From the NCBI GenBank assembly GCA_030141605.1, contig JAQGDQ010000166.1:1-64000 (forward strand): a DNA stretch of 64,000 bases. Reading direction: 5' to 3'. The DNA is from Tubiluchus corallicola (lineage: Eukaryota > Animalia > Priapulida). The translations under genes and the position numbers were made by a program. Below the pieces are notes generated by a model. The model was not told where the DNA came from and made no database searches. It worked only from the letters and a program-made list of their open reading frames with translations. Shown one piece after another: positions 1 through 13,980 of the stretch. Position 1 is the first letter of the stretch. Each line of letters begins with the position of its first letter.

Positions 1-223
1 GAATACGGTAAAACCGGACTCGATCGTGAATTGTAGCTCAAAACAATCTACTCCTTAAAATATTGAAAGGAAACAAACTATTTTTCAAAAATGACTTACA
101 TGAAAGAATTATTACCACACAAACACAATTTCACGTCTGCACCAATAGTTCTTTACTGTTACATGCATTTCGCCAGTCTCTAGTTAGACATAACAATTAC
201 TAACAGCCTACATGATAATGAAT

Positions 224-495
224 CTCTCTCTCTCTCTCTCTCGCTCTCGCTCTCGCTCTCGCTCTCGCTCTCGCTCTCGCTCTCGCTCTCGCTCTCGCTC
301 TCGCTCTCGCTCTCGCTCTCGCTCTCGCTCTCGCTCTCGCTCTCGCTATCGCTCTCGCTCCTGCTCGCTCGCCTCGCTCTCGCTCGCCTCGCTCTCGCTC
401 TCGCTCGCCTGCTCGCTCTCGCTCTCGCTCGGGCTCTCGCTCGCCTCCGCCTGCCTCGCTCTCGCTCTCGCTCTCGCTCTCGCTCGCTCTCTCTC
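224..495. repeat. (CT)n/(CTCTCG)n microsatellite
   Basis: Direct reading; interrupts a Family A element. Confidence 0.95.
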
Positions 496-1098
496 CCACC
501 CTCTCTCCAATCATTGAATAACGCATACATCTTAATAATAAATGCAAAAACCAGCTACAAGAATTAGCATCATAAATTCGTTGCGTGTTTTAAATGAACT
601 GGTTACCTTTTGCACAACGCAACGATCATAATCAATCAATATAGGATGAGAGGGATGGTACAGACAAACTCATTGGCAGCTCTGTGAGCGTATATACTAC
701 GAACTGAATAATGTATGAGATTCGCTGATTAATGGACAGAGTAATTATTATCATTATCATTTCATTCGGTATCTTCTAGAATCGATCATTTTTAGATTTA
801 GAAATTTGAAATAGAGTCATATTCAATTACCATTATATTCACATATTTTTATACAAACAGCAAGCAAACAACAATACCCCCTTTTCAAAGTCAGTACTTC
901 ATTTTAGAGCAAGTTTTGTTTCCCCCTTTTTAATTCATTATTAGGCAATAATATATGCAATAATTTTTTGAGCCTTTCAGCATGGAAAGTAATAATAGTT
1001 TAATGACTTCTGTGCAGGTAATACTAACGGAACTAAACTAATTTTTAAATAGCTTGTAGTCCACACTTTACTAGATTCAAATGCTTTCAAAAACTCAG

Positions 1099-1678
1099 AG
1101 CAAAACCGGACCTAATCTTAAACAGCAGGTCAAAACAATCAACTCCTTTAAATATTGAAAGGAAACATACTGTTTATTCAAAAATGACTTACATCAAAGA
1201 ATCTTTACCACACAAACACAGTATCGCGCTCACACCACTAGTTCTTCACTGTTACAGGCATTTCGCCATTCACTAGTTAGACGGGAACTAGCGCCTGCAT
1301 TTCGGAAACGCATTGTACAAAAGCAGGTGCTGTACATCTCAGTTCAGATGTGCTAGTTTGTGACGAACTGCACACCTTCTGCAGCTCACGCGTGAGCACA
1401 GCGGTATATTACCTTTGTGCTTATCTCTTAAACTTGCCTAGTTTTAGTACAACGCACTGAGTCACTTACACTAGTACTGTAGATCAATTTTCTCTTTCGC
1501 AAACACGCGCAACGCAATCGTAGAACATTTTTGCTGTTGAAAACTATGTTCGTTTGTGATGTCATCAATAGTTGGGCTCGCCAGCCGTTAATTAAGTTTT
1601 TAATTTAATATTTAATCATCAGAAACGCTTGGCAGCATTAACTGTGACTTGAAAATAGGTTAGTCATTCTGTCTTCCT
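1099..1678 (+). mobile_element. Family A element (further partial copies at 8-190, 38744-39330, 53850-54410, 54612-54745, 55150-55378)
   Basis: AGCAAAACCGGACC...CTGTCTTCCT|TTAA; shared TGTGATGTCATCAATAGTTGGGCTCGCC core. Confidence 0.7.
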
Positions 1679-1956
1679 TTAAATCGTATTACTAAAAACA
1701 GCCTTGGATGGAATATTATCTCATTGCAGTAAATATTAAAGAGAAAGACAACATTTATTTACGGTTGTTCATTTAACAGACAACGTTAGCACTAATGGCT
1801 ATTTAGGGACTTACGCAACACACAAATAATAAATAACATGTAGGGTATATGCCCTAGCGTTTGTAGCTGCTAGTATCGGACACAAGACTGCGTGGTTGCT
1901 GTCCGAAATCTACACCACTCGTCTGCCCAACACAGGAATAAACAGAGAGGCTTCGA

Positions 1957-2210
1957 ATAATAATGATAATCTTTATTTAAAGTCGGCTTTTTGGATGAAC
2001 AATTAACATTAGCTCAAACACAGTAAATAACAACCTACAACTACATAACAGAGACTATTATTACCCCACTTTTACCCTAAATACCACCACCAAGCAGGGC
2101 AACAGCCGGTAACATTTTTTTAAGTCTTTTGCATAACCCGGCCGCATTTTCGAACTCATGATCTCCCAGATCGAAAGCGGACGGGTTACCACAAGGCTAA
2201 ACCGCCTGGT
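1957..2210 (-). mobile_element. tRNA-derived SINE
   Basis: Head GGTTTAGCCTTGTGGTAA...GAGTTCGAAAATGC (A/B-box-like), central AAAGACTTAAAAAAATG...TGCTTGG, tail AATAAAGATTATCATTATTATT. Confidence 0.65.
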
Positions 2211-2287
2211 CAAAACAGAAGCCGCCCGTGCAAGCTATTTTCCGGGAAAATTAAACTACAATTGTTTGCACTGTACAGTAATTTTAA

Positions 2288-2950
2288 AGCACAAAAAACC
2301 CTCCTCTTACATAAAGCTTAAAGAATTCGTCTTGAAATTTTGTACCACTTACGTACTGCCTTTTTACATGCAGGGCTTGCGTCGGCAGTAACGCTGTACA
2401 AAACTTGTAAATTTAAACTCCCACGATGACAGTTAGGCGCAGTCATTTGGACGAAAAGTCATTTGAAACAAGTTTAGATAACACTGTGTAAAACATTCAT
2501 AGCGCACATGTCATTAACTAAGTAAAATTTAAAATTACTGTATCTTGCCTATAAGATTAAAAATACATTATTTGGTTAGTGAGTGGTGCACCCTGGAGGT
2601 GAGTCAAAGACATTTTACCAATTTGTGAAAGCATTTTAAATAATTAATAATTTTCTTTTCTAGTTACACAAGTCTTTCTAGCAGGTAAGCGAAACGCAGG
2701 TAATATAACTTTGTATGGAAAATTTTCTGGGACATAATTTAACATTGCCTTTTCTTCCCGTGATTTACGCCGTGCGTATATGACGTCATGTAATGGCGAC
2801 TTCGGAACAGTATTGCGGAAGAGTTAAAATGAAAACAAACAAAAAATTCCTTCAACACGAGTAAGATACGCGCATAAAATTGCTATAAAGTAATATAATT
2901 TTTTAAGGCGATTTTTCTGAAACCACTTCAGGTACCCCTTTTCTTGTCCT
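2288..2950 (-). mobile_element. Family C TTAA-flanked element (copies ~9453-10100, ~31326-32038, ~51101-51770; fragments ~5140-5615, ~16185-16320)
   Basis: TTAAAG(C/G)ACAAGAAA-type termini; shared GGGGTACCTGAAGTAGGTTTCAGAAAAATCGCC body; terminal 10-mer GTCCTTTAAT triplicated at 2947-2973. Confidence 0.72.
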
Positions 2951-3336
2951 TTAATGTCCTTTAATGTCCTTTAGTGGTAGATCTCGTGACTTGTGTAAAC
3001 CTGAATGTATCGAAATTTTGTATCTAAACATTAGCTTTAAACATATTAATAATACCTTGTTCTACGTAGACAGGTGCTAAGTCCTTCTCCTAGTCACAGA
3101 TCATCGCACAAATGAACTCATTTTCTCGACACTGTCAAAACTGATCCGTCACAAGCAGTAAGAACACGTACGACACACACAGTTAAATGTCAGTAAAGTC
3201 AGTTGGTCGCATCTCTCACGCTGTGTGTGTTCAATAACAAAAACCGAGAACTCCAACGAAAAGAAGCCGCTCACACAACTGCCCTTCTACCAATCCTCAT
3301 TACTGCTTGGAGAACACTCAGCATTTCAATAACAAG

Positions 3337-3348
3337 TGCGCATGCGCC
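3337..3348. promoter_or_regulatory. NRF1-like palindrome TGCGCATGCGC in non-repetitive, promoter-like sequence
   Basis: Motif match only; a candidate minus-strand donor (AAG|GTATTA) lies near 3055. Confidence 0.25.
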
Positions 3349-5629
3349 AAAGAGGCACGTTTATCTCAAGATAAAGGTGGACCGTGTCGAAAACGTTTAA
3401 TCTTATTACGATGGATGCTAATTTTGCTACTCGAAAATATTTTATCTGATTTTAACGACTTTTAAAATTGTTTAACATTATGCAAAAAGTTTGAATTTTT
3501 GGAAAAACAGGCGGGAGAGCAAAACTTGGGCGATTTTAAGCCCTGAATTCAAATACTTTCACATTTTAGATGCAAACAAATACTGAATCGAGTTTAATTT
3601 GTAGCAATTTTCTAAATATATGTACTTTTACTTTTATATCGAAAAAAGAACAAATGATTAAAATATGCAATAATTGGTGATGAATATTACATTTTTACAA
3701 TGATCATATTTCATATTAAAATGATCATGATTGCTGAAACAAAGAGTAATTAGTACATGTTTAGTAACAAAGGATGAAATGGATACAAAACACCAGTTTA
3801 ACGTGTTGCCCAAAAGTTTCTTTATTCTGAACTACAATTATTAACATTATTATTAATTTGCATTGAGTAGAAGAAAATTAGTTGCATGACTAAATGTATT
3901 GCTATAACTAAGAACTGATATAAAAATTATGTAGTCTATATTGAATTTAAATAATAACTTACGTTGTTAGAGCCTTTAACAGTTACAAGACAGGAATGAG
4001 AATACCAAGTAGCCTTAAGAACAGCAATGTCACAACAATAGATTCGTAAGAAATTCACAATCATAATGCCTAAGAAAATAGAGCAATGGTGGAGAGAACC
4101 AAAAGACAGGTAAAATGTCATGCAACTACTACAGCTGTATTTCAAACGGCCAAAATGCTAATCTATTGAAGGATATTAGGTGCTTTCAAAAGAGTGACTA
4201 CTGTAAAAGCTAAATTCCTACTAAATAAACAAACAGGTGGCAGCACCGTGGCTGTAATTGAAAACTAAATTAAAACCAAAAAATTGCCTATGTACCCACT
4301 ACAAAAGGTTTGCTGGTCTATTATAAGAAACATACGTTTTAGTAAAGAGAAACGAAATTACAATATGACTAAATTACGACAAGATTATGTTAAATGTATA
4401 CGTTAAGTCTACTACAAAAACACTTTAGACATACTTATTTATACTGTACCTTGTTTATCCTCGATAGGAGCAGCATAGCGATTGTCAGGTCTATGTGACT
4501 CCCGGCTAGGTAGACCTTTGGCACAGAAAAATTACTGTATATGCAGATATATCAAAGAAGCCTAATTCAGCTAATTACTTGGCCAGTTGGGCACGATGCC
4601 AGCTATACTGTAGACTTAAATAAAAATTACATTCGTAATTGACGACGATGCAAATTTAACACTATGTTTAAATTCAAAAACCAATTTGCAAGGGCAGATC
4701 CATGCAAAGAGGGTAAAAAACACTTTAACTCCAGATATGCCTTACTGGCGTAGTTCTTGACAGATCGTCACAAAAAAGACGGATTCTACCTGCGAATAAG
4801 TATGTTGTATCCATAACAACTGTTTAGATTATCATGCATTATTTGATATTTAAAGTCTGGCTTCCTGCAGATTTTATTTGTGGTAAATGGAAATTTCGAA
4901 ACAAACTAGAAATATTCAAAATGCAGGAAAAACGAGTCAGTTTGGGATATAACACAACCATCAACTGTGCCTTGAAACTTTGACCGCAACTTACGTGCAA
5001 TTCAAATAACATTTAATATTGCGTGTGAAAATTAATTTAAATATTAATTTCACAAAACAGTTTTCCAAAGCTTGTATTAGCAGCAATGCTGTAGGAATCT
5101 TGTAAATTCAAACTTAAACGTTTTCATGTTGCATGCAGAGCTTGCGCTGCATAGCATGCAGAGTAACGCTGTATAGTAAAACTTGTAAATTTAAACATCT
5201 CGGAATGACCGTTAAGCGCAGCTATTTTGACGGTGAGTCGCTTAAAACAAGTTTAGATGACGTTGCGTAAAGTTTGAAAAAATAATCAGAGCATTCGTAG
5301 CACATTCTTCATTAACTAAGAAAAAGCTAATATTAATTTTAATTACAAATATTTAAAAACATTTATAGTTAAAAACAATACAATCTCATTAAAACATAAT
5401 TTTAACTTTTTTAAAAGTAAAAGTTTTAATAAAATTGTGTTGTTTTTACCTATAAACTTCATATTACTTTATATTGTCAATAAGATCATTAATGTGTTTT
5501 TAGTGAATCAGTGGTGCACACTGGGATGGTGATACAGTGACGTTTTAGCAGTTGGCGTGAATATTCTAAATTATTAATAATTTTCTTTTACAACTACATA
5601 AGCCTTTCAAGCTGGAAAGTATAATGGTG

Positions 5630-5978
5630 CGACTCCATGTGCCCGAAATGCGTGATGCGTGACTCGTAATGCGTGATGCATGATTCGTAATGCATGATGC
5701 GTATGCAACAGTTTATTTTTAAACATATGGAAGTGTTTCCATGTATACGTAACGCGTAGTCCGTAATGCGTGATGCGTATGCAGTAGTTTATATTTAAAC
5801 ACACGGAAGTGTTTCCATGTGCCCGTAATGCGTGATGCGTATGCAACAGTTTATATTTACGTGTGTAATTATAGATTACGTGTAATGCGTAATCTGTAAT
5901 GCGTAATATGCATTCACTCGAATGTGATAGTATCGTCTGAACACGCATCACGCATTACGCGCACATGGAGACATAGCT
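5630..5978 (-). mobile_element. MITE of the same Harbinger-like family as 32281-33127
   Basis: GACTCCATGTG...CACATGGAGACATAGCT ends; the same CGTGATGCGT/CGTAATGCGT internal repeats. Confidence 0.65.
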
Positions 5979-7444
5979 TAATGCTACGCAATATAATTTT
6001 GTATCGAAAGTTTTTCCTTTTCTTCCTCTTTAAACTTTTCGGCCACCCGGTACAAAACAAAAAACACAACCTGAATTTTAAATATGAGTTTCAGCCAATT
6101 GCTAGACGCGAGTGATACTGTAAACACTACTCGTGTAATTAGAAACGCACGCTATGCTGTTTATTTTCTCAGCTGCACGTTTCAATAACTTACGTTTTCG
6201 CTGCTTTTGAAAATTTTGATGGCTTTGATATTGCAATTTCCCGTGCGTTTAACTGTCAAGTAATTTGTTATTAGCCCGCTCACTGCGCTCGCATAACAAG
6301 ATCTTGCGTACTCATAATAAGTTATAAAATCGTTAATTGCACAGCAGGACAGTGCCTTTTTGTGAGTTTTTGTAATTATTTTAGCAGTTGACAGTAAAGT
6401 AACCGAATTTGTTAAATTTTGATGGAAAGTTGGCATCCATGCTTCTAACAATCATTACGGTGAACAACAGAGGCGTATTAACCAATAGACTAACTAGGCT
6501 ATAGCCTAGAGTATCTACGTTTGAGGAGCATCACATTTTTGAAAAAATTTTCATTCCCTCGGAAAATGCGTTTACTTTCATATAAACATAAACGGCGCAT
6601 TTCATAACACACCACAGGCAGTTACTGAGGCTGCTTCTATATAAGTGCCACATAACGGACAGGTGCAAGGCATTACACAACAAGCAGCTGCGCAGCTTGC
6701 TTGAATATTCGCGCTATGCAAATACATGTAATTAATAATGGCCACGTATAAACTAGGTTAATTGTGTTTCTAATACACTACAAGTGATTCTTTGATCTGC
6801 TCATTACATAAATAACCACAAATTCACAATACAATGTTCGTTTGTGATGTCATCAATAGCTTGGCTCGCCCGCCGTTAATTAAGTTTTTATTTGGTGTTT
6901 GCAAGAATAAATGTGGGCTACAAGTTGTTCCCAGCTAAAGTGGCTTACACGAGATACTACGGAGAACATATTTAAAACGACTTACCGTTAAAATGGCATC
7001 GCTGGTGTTTAAATTTACAAATTTTACGCAGCGTTATTACTAACGCAAGTCCTGCATGCAATAAGACAGTACGTAAGTGATTTTTTAAAGAAATGGCTTC
7101 TTGTGCCTGCGGCTGAGTGGCTCTAGTAATTAGATCCTTTCTAAATATAACAATGGTACTGCTAACAAACAGAGCAGCTTGGTTAACAATATTGAATGTC
7201 TGGCTTGCATCCAGAAATAACAGAGTTTAATGATTCTCACTGCAGGTGTCCATGTTTTTTCCACTTCCACTCCAGTGACCAGAATAACTCAGGGCCTTAA
7301 TGAAGGTTCTGTACGTATAAAGTCTGCTTATGAATAGACTGCGCGTACAATGTGTTTCAACAGTTTAAATCAGATGTTGAACAACTTAAACGATAATGAA
7401 AAGTTTATGCCTCAGATGCTCAAGCAATCCTTGATTGAGTTCAT

Positions 7445-7714
7445 TGGTTGGTTGGTTGGTTGGTTGGTTGGTTGGTTGGTCGGTTGGTCATATGAGCTGT
7501 TGGCCCACACGCACTGATACTCATTTGGTCAAGATGGTAAATGGTAAACAACTAATAGTCACTCAGTCAGACAGTCAGTTAGTCAGTCGCTCAGTCAGTT
7601 GCTCGGTCGGTCGGTCGGTCGACCAGTCTGTCGGTTAGCCAGTCAGTCGGTCGGTCGGTCGGTCAGTTTGTCAGTCAGCCAGGCAGTCAATGTGTCAGTT
7701 TGTCAGTCAATCAG
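7445..7714. repeat. (GGTT)/(GTCG)/(GTCA) tetranucleotide repeats
   Basis: Direct reading. Confidence 0.9.
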
Positions 7715-7737
7715 TTTTTCAAATCACTTAGCTCCCC

Positions 7738-7900
7738 AACTGTTCTGCCTAGTCTTTAACCTCGCACGTGCATTTTACTATTACACATACATGGCTCGTA
7801 CATTTACCGTCGTCAATACAGCTGTAAACACTGAGCGAAACGTCGAGTAAATTGTCCTCGTGTTTGGCTTTCAAAATGTAATGTCTAACTGTTCTGCATA

Positions 7901-7932
<32 letters not shown>

Positions 7933-8890
7933 ATCTTTGTTTGCCATTAAAATACATTTATAATCACTGATAAAAACTTTACAGAGATGATCAATCAGTG
8001 TTAGTTAATAAAAACTTACACTGCTAAAGGCAAATGCGTCAGTGCAATCTAAACTACTGTGCAGTAATGGAAAGTAACGACGAATAAAATCAAACATATT
8101 TGCAACTACGCACAAAAAATGAAAAAAATTATGACTTAATTAATATGGCCGTGGATATATGAATTCTGAATTAGTGTGTATGTTGTCGTACTGGTGTGAT
8201 GGTATTTCATATCTGGTTAATATTAGTGATTTTAATTTTGTTTTAAATGCTGATAGGGACTTGATTTGTTTAACCTGCAGAGAATTCCAAGGTAGAATTG
8301 GTTGCTTGATTACAGAGTTTGTTCCATCGTGGGTATTTGTCCTAATTTGTTTTAGATTGCTTGTTCTGGAATTAATGATAAGATTTGGAAAAAAGGTAAA
8401 TCTGTTATTCTGGAATGGTTTGCTGATGTTGTTAATGTATTTAAAAATAAAAACCAGAGTAAAATATTCTTTTAACCTAGCACGTGCATTCTCGCTTTAC
8501 AGTTACATGGCTCGTACGTTTACCGTCGTCAATACAGCTATAAACATTAAGCGAAACGTCGAGTAAATTGTCTTCGTGTTTAGCTTTCTAAATGTCTAAC
8601 TGTTCTGCCTAGTCTTTAACCAACCTCGCACGTGCATTCTACCGTTACAGATACATGGCTCTTACAGTTACCGTCGTCAATACAGCTATAAACATAGAGC
8701 GAAACGTCGAGTAAATTGTCTTCGTGTTTGTCTTTCAAAATGTCTCACTGTTCTGCCTAGTTTTTAACCTCGCACGTGCATTCTACCGTTACAGTTACAT
8801 GGCTCTTACAGTTACCGTCGTCAATACAGCTATAAACATAGAGCGAAACGTCGAGTAAATTGTCTTCGTGTTTGTCTTTCAAAATGTCTC
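7738..8890. repeat. ~144-bp tandem repeat, 4 copies, split by a LINE remnant
   Basis: AACCTCGCACGTGCATT...GCGAAACGTCGAGTAAATTG at ~7758, 8473, 8622, 8766. Confidence 0.9.
7905..8470 (-). mobile_element. L2/CR1-type LINE 3' remnant inserted in a 144-bp tandem array
   Basis: Reverse complement of 40650-41150 sequences; (TA)n tail at 7905-7932. Confidence 0.6.
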
Positions 8891-9131
8891 TTCTTCATGT
8901 AAGACGCGTTGCATCGCTCTCAAATTATTTATCACCTATTAAGATTTTTACTCGTTCTGGGAGTTGGGACTTGCCATTAGCAAGTTTTCAGTGATTCCAT
9001 TAGTCGTAACACTCATGGGTTTTTCCCTCCATCGTCGTTACGTACTTGACGTACCGTGTCATGAAAGGTAGAAACGTGACAGCGTATAGATATGGAAAGT
9101 TTTCGACATAAACTGAGTTAAGTGTGATATA

Positions 9132-9430
9132 CAACTGGGAAATAGAAACAATATTCTTCGTAGTATAGAAAACTGAGATGAATATATTTCAATAGCAGAA
9201 ATCTTGGCAGCAGATATCGACAATGAGATGCAACCGGGAAACCAGAAACAATATTCTTCGTAGTATAGGAAATGTGAGTTGAATATATTTCAATAGCAGA
9301 AATCTTGGCAGCAGACATCGACAGTGAGATGCAACTGAGAAAGCAGAAACAATATTCTTCGTAGTATGGGAAATGTGAGTTCAATATATTTCAATAGCAG
9401 AAATCTTGGCAGCAGATATCAACAACGAGA
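9132..9430. repeat. ~100-bp tandem repeat, 3 copies
   Basis: GAAACAATATTCTTCGTAGTAT...AGAAATCTTGGCAGCAGA repeated. Confidence 0.9.
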
Positions 9431-10224
9431 TACGATGATATTCTCGTTTTAAAGAACAAGAAAGGGGGCAGCTGAAGTAGGTTTCAGAAAAATCGCCTTA
9501 TAAATTATTCCAATTTTATGCGTATGACGTACTCGCGTCAAAAGGATTTTTTCTTTGTTTTCATTTAAAATCTCTCGAAATACTGTTTCGACTGTGCATG
9601 ACGTCATAACGCGCACAACGTAAATCAGGGGAAGAAAATGAAATATTAAATTATGTTCCAAACAACTTTCCATGCAAATCTATATTACTTAGTATTTCGC
9701 TTACCTGCTTGAAAGACTTACGTAACTAGAAAAGAAAATTATTAATTACCCATGCTTTCACCAATTGGTAAAATGTCGTTGACCAGCGCACACCACCAGG
9801 GTGCACTACTCACCAACCAAAAACGTATTTTTAATTTTACTGACAAGATAAAGTAACTTATACTGCTGCTAGTTAGGGACATGTGCGCTACGAATGCTCT
9901 GACTATCTTTTCAAACTTTACTCAGTGTTATCTACACTTGTTTCAAATGACTTATCGTGAAAATGGCTACATCTAACGGTCATGGCGGAAATTTTACTAT
10001 GCAGCGTTATTGCAAACGCAAGCTCTGCATGTAATAAGACAGCACGTAACTGATTGGAAATTTTAAAACGAATCTTCTGAACTTCATCTATGAAAAGTCT
10101 AGAATTTATAACGAATGACAACCATAAAGAGAAAGTTGGTTAACACAAAGTAGTTTAAAGGTATGCCGTGCGCATGCGCCTGTAATTCGAAGAGATTAAT
10201 AATGAATTCCAATATAGGAAGTAC

Positions 10225-10735
10225 AGATGTTATCACTTAAACTTGGAAAATATAACAAAGAAATTTGCAAAAAAGTGTCTGTAAAGCATAAATTTAAAAT
10301 ATTCTACCTTTAAGCAGAAATTTTCAGGCTTGGTGGTTGCCGCCATTCACTTAAAAATCATGACGTAACTGGGAGACTTCGTGAGTTTTCGTAAACGCGT
10401 CGTGATTTTCCGTAAGCGCGCGGCACTTAAACTAATTCAAACTTCTGCAGCGTACCTAATGCTCACACAAAAAATTACAAAATTAGCTATCTCATTTTTT
10501 GTAAAAACTTATTATACTTTTCACGAAGATTGACAGCGCGCTACCTTTTTCAAGACAAAGACGTCATTGGAAGAAGAATGGGTTATGAAAATGGGAACAC
10601 CATGAAATGATCGCGGCTTTAGAGTGATTTCACTAATTACACGAGGCGCTTATTGCAGTTTTATTACTAAATCCTTCCAACATTTTCCGTCAACATCGTA
10701 ATAAGCCCAACCTCCCAGAAAGCGTGACCTTTCCT
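10225..10735 (-). mobile_element. Family B element (other copies ~62430-62905 minus, ~14950-15080 partial)
   Basis: Reverse complement of the body of 47722-48224; ends CCTTTCCT|TTAA. Confidence 0.7.
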
Positions 10736-11959
10736 TTAATGTGACATCTATAAAGAGTTTCGGCTTCTGTTGTACTTACTATTCGATAAGCTTTGTTATT
10801 CGTTTCTGTTTTCAAGCCACAACACTTCAACTACGAGTTTCCACTTCCCAAGTGGAGAGACAGGAGAGAGAGGGTTCAATAATGAGAATTCTTGCATGCT
10901 TCCTTTCATCAGCTAGACAAGTTTCCATTATGAAGGGCTTCTGTACACAACTACGCAATATGCGAGGCATTAAAATTTTATTCGTTGAGTAACGTACAAC
11001 GTGGATCCTTCTGTCAATGAAATCAGCCGTTTTCTACGAAGAAAAACGAATATACAACTGCATGCAGTTTCGCATCCAAATCCGCGAGCATAACGCTGTG
11101 ACCGGACTATATCTGGTCGAGTGTGGTTAACTCGTTAACTAAAAACCATACAATTATTTGAGTTCTTCCCCAGCTGTCTTCCCTCAATGCTTCATGAAGC
11201 GCTTCACTCAATCGGACTCTCTAATTTCCACATTTTGGCTCCTATCTCGGGCCCGTAAGCAATCCCAGTTTTACTAGCCACACTTTTGCGTGAGCCTCTA
11301 CCCAAGCTGTTTTCTCTGCGTTTCGTGTCTCTACTTACTACAGTTTTGGAATTATTCGCGTACACATTTGGGCTCCTATCAAGTGCCTTTAAAGAATCAG
11401 AGATTTTAAAAGCCCGGGTAGGGCACATGTACCCCTCAATATTCAGATACACATAAAAAATTTGAATTTAACTCAAAGACCTAGAAGGAGTTGAATGACA
11501 ACAAAACAAGAGACAAGTTGTCGAGAACAAGAACAAATTTTGACATCTGGTCAAGAACGGGGAATTTATTTTGGTTTCTAGATGTCGCTTATGTCGTTTA
11601 GCTCCGAAAAGGTGGGTGAGTCGATGTATCAAACTAAATGTTTTATCTAGGGGGTTGTTCTCAAAAAATATTTTCTGTACCGGTCTGTGCATTACTTTGT
11701 CCAAAAAACATCATTTTTTAACTTTGCCAGGCTCACAAATCGTTCTCAAAAACAATTTTTTGTATCAGTCTGTGCATTACTTTATCCAAGAAACATCACT
11801 TTTTAACTTTGCCAGGTTCAATCACAAATCAATAAGTTTTTCCAATAAAAACGAATAGGAAATAGCTATTATATCAGTCTCGTTATAGACATGTGATGTT
11901 TTGGCCAGGGACAAATTTATGATTCGTATCAGGTTAGTACACGCTGCAAGTAGTAGCAA

Positions 11960-12200
11960 GTGGTTTCGCAACTCAATGGTAGCGTGCTCGCTTACCATCC
12001 GGGAGGTCGAGGGTTCAACTCTCGGCCGAGTCTTACCAAAGACTTAAAAAATCGTACTGCTGGTTCTTCGACCAAACACGCCGGTTTATCGAAGTAACAT
12101 GAGGGCAATAATAATCAGGACCACCTTGGAAATAAGTATTGAGGTACTTTAGATGCTATTCTTAGGCTATGTCGTAAACGAAATTATTAATTATTATATT
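11960..12200 (+). mobile_element. tRNA-derived SINE
   Basis: AACTCAATGGTAGCGTG (A box), GGTTCAACTC (B box), then CCAAAGACTTAAAAAATCGTACTG as in the 1957-2210 copy; ATT-rich tail. Confidence 0.65.
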
Positions 12201-13092
12201 AATTAATTATAATTAAAATATAATTATGAAAATAATTATAACAATTAAAAAAAGTAAAAATGCCATATCTGTAATTTTGTGCGTGCAGAGAGCCTAAAAG
12301 TTTTATATAAAATATAAAATTATATATTCTTATATTTTTATACATAATTTTTTATACTTTTGTATAAAAGAGTGTATAGTTTCGCAGTACAATAATTAGA
12401 AATAATAATGTTTTTATGTTCAGTTTTTAGGCGTCCGGGTTCCATTGATTTGTGGCGCCACCGCGCGTTATAATTTGAAAAGAAAATTACGCCAGCTTGG
12501 AAAACGTGTACGTATGATGTGTTACAGGCAGTACCAGAGGTGTATGGGAACTGTACTACAGCACCACCTATTTTCACTCAATGTTATCGATAATATTCAA
12601 TATAATGTAAGTCTTTTTTCTTTAGTTCTTTCTTTATACTTGTACAGAACCAGAGCACGTCAGGGTAGTACTGTTTGCTTCACAGCCCAATGCAGTGGTG
12701 TGCTTGGCTGCTGTCCCATGCAAGCATTTCTGAAAAAACACGTTGAAAGCTGCACGTAGGTAGAGAAAGTACTGTCGCTCACGCAGTGTGTGTTGTTAGT
12801 TGTCACTTGCTTAAAAACCGTGTCCTGGCATATTCTTGAACTGCGACAATTTAGGCTATTCATAAGCAAAAAAAGTGTTTAGGATTTTATCAAGATTTAT
12901 GTATAAATTTTCGTATGTTCGTTTAAAATGACAACATTAAAATTACATATGTTTGTTTTGTATTATACAGTATTAAAACAATGGCTAAAAATACGTAATT
13001 GTACTGCGTTCACGCTGATTCACTGTTATCGTTTCATTTGTTTGTGCTGTCACACTTCTGTATAAATGTTATAGAAATACGAATAATATTAA

Positions 13093-13980
13093 AGGAAGAC
13101 GGGATGATTTTTCATATACTACTCCATTGTCAAGTCCAGTAAAAAGTACACAGTTTAACACAATTAATACTGCAAAAGCGTTTCTGATAATTAAATATTA
13201 GACTGAAAACTTAATTAACGGCAGGCGAGCCCAACTATTAATGACATCACAAACTAACATGATTTTCAACACCAAAACACTCTACGAGTGTTTACGAAAG
13301 GGAAATTTGAAGTACAATTCAGTGTGTTGTACTAAAACTAGGCAAGTTTTAAGATAAAAATTTAAATTTCAAATTTACCGCCATACTCGCACATAAGTTG
13401 TCGAACGTATGCATTACGTCATAAACGAACGTATCTGAACTAAGAGGTGCAGCACCTGTTTTTGTACAGTGCGTTTTTGAAATGCAGGCGCTAGTGCCCG
13501 TCTAAGTAGCAAATGGCGAAATGCATGTAGCAGTGAAGAAGTAGTGGCGCGAATGCGAAATTGTGTTTGTGTGGTAATAATTCGTGTTGCACGTGTGTGT
13601 GAAAGCGAAAATTGAAGTGCAGTACTACAGTACTACTGTACTGCAGTACTACTGTAAGACAAAAATTCAAATTTCAAAGTTACCGCTATGCTCACGCATG
13701 AGGTGTCGAACGTGCGTAGTTCGTCATAAACGAACGTATCTGAACTAAGAGGTGCAGCACCTGTTTTTGTACAGTGCGTTTTTGAAATGCAAGCGCTAGT
13801 GCACGTCTAAGTAGCAAATGGCGAAATTCATGTAACAGTGAAAAACTAGAGACGAACGTGAAATTTTGTGGTAATAATTCTTTCACGCAAGTCATTTTTG
13901 AAAAAATAGTATCTTTCCTTTCAATATTTTAAAGAGTCGATTGTTTTGACCTGCAGTTTAAGATTACGTCCGGTTTTGGT
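13093..13980 (-). mobile_element. Family A element with internal ~310-bp tandem duplication
   Basis: TTAAAGGAAGACGGGATG start; segment 13350-13590 recurs at 13660-13890. Confidence 0.7.

Noticed and set aside
180-547. RS/RE/RA-rich ORFs
   Set aside because: Translations of a (CTCTCG)n microsatellite.
11050-11460. Possible RNase H/LINE remnant (ISDSLKALD...NSKTV)
   Set aside because: Similarity is too weak and fragmented to support by eye.
11960-12030. tRNA-like sequence as a tRNA gene
   Set aside because: Stems do not pair fully and it continues into a SINE body.
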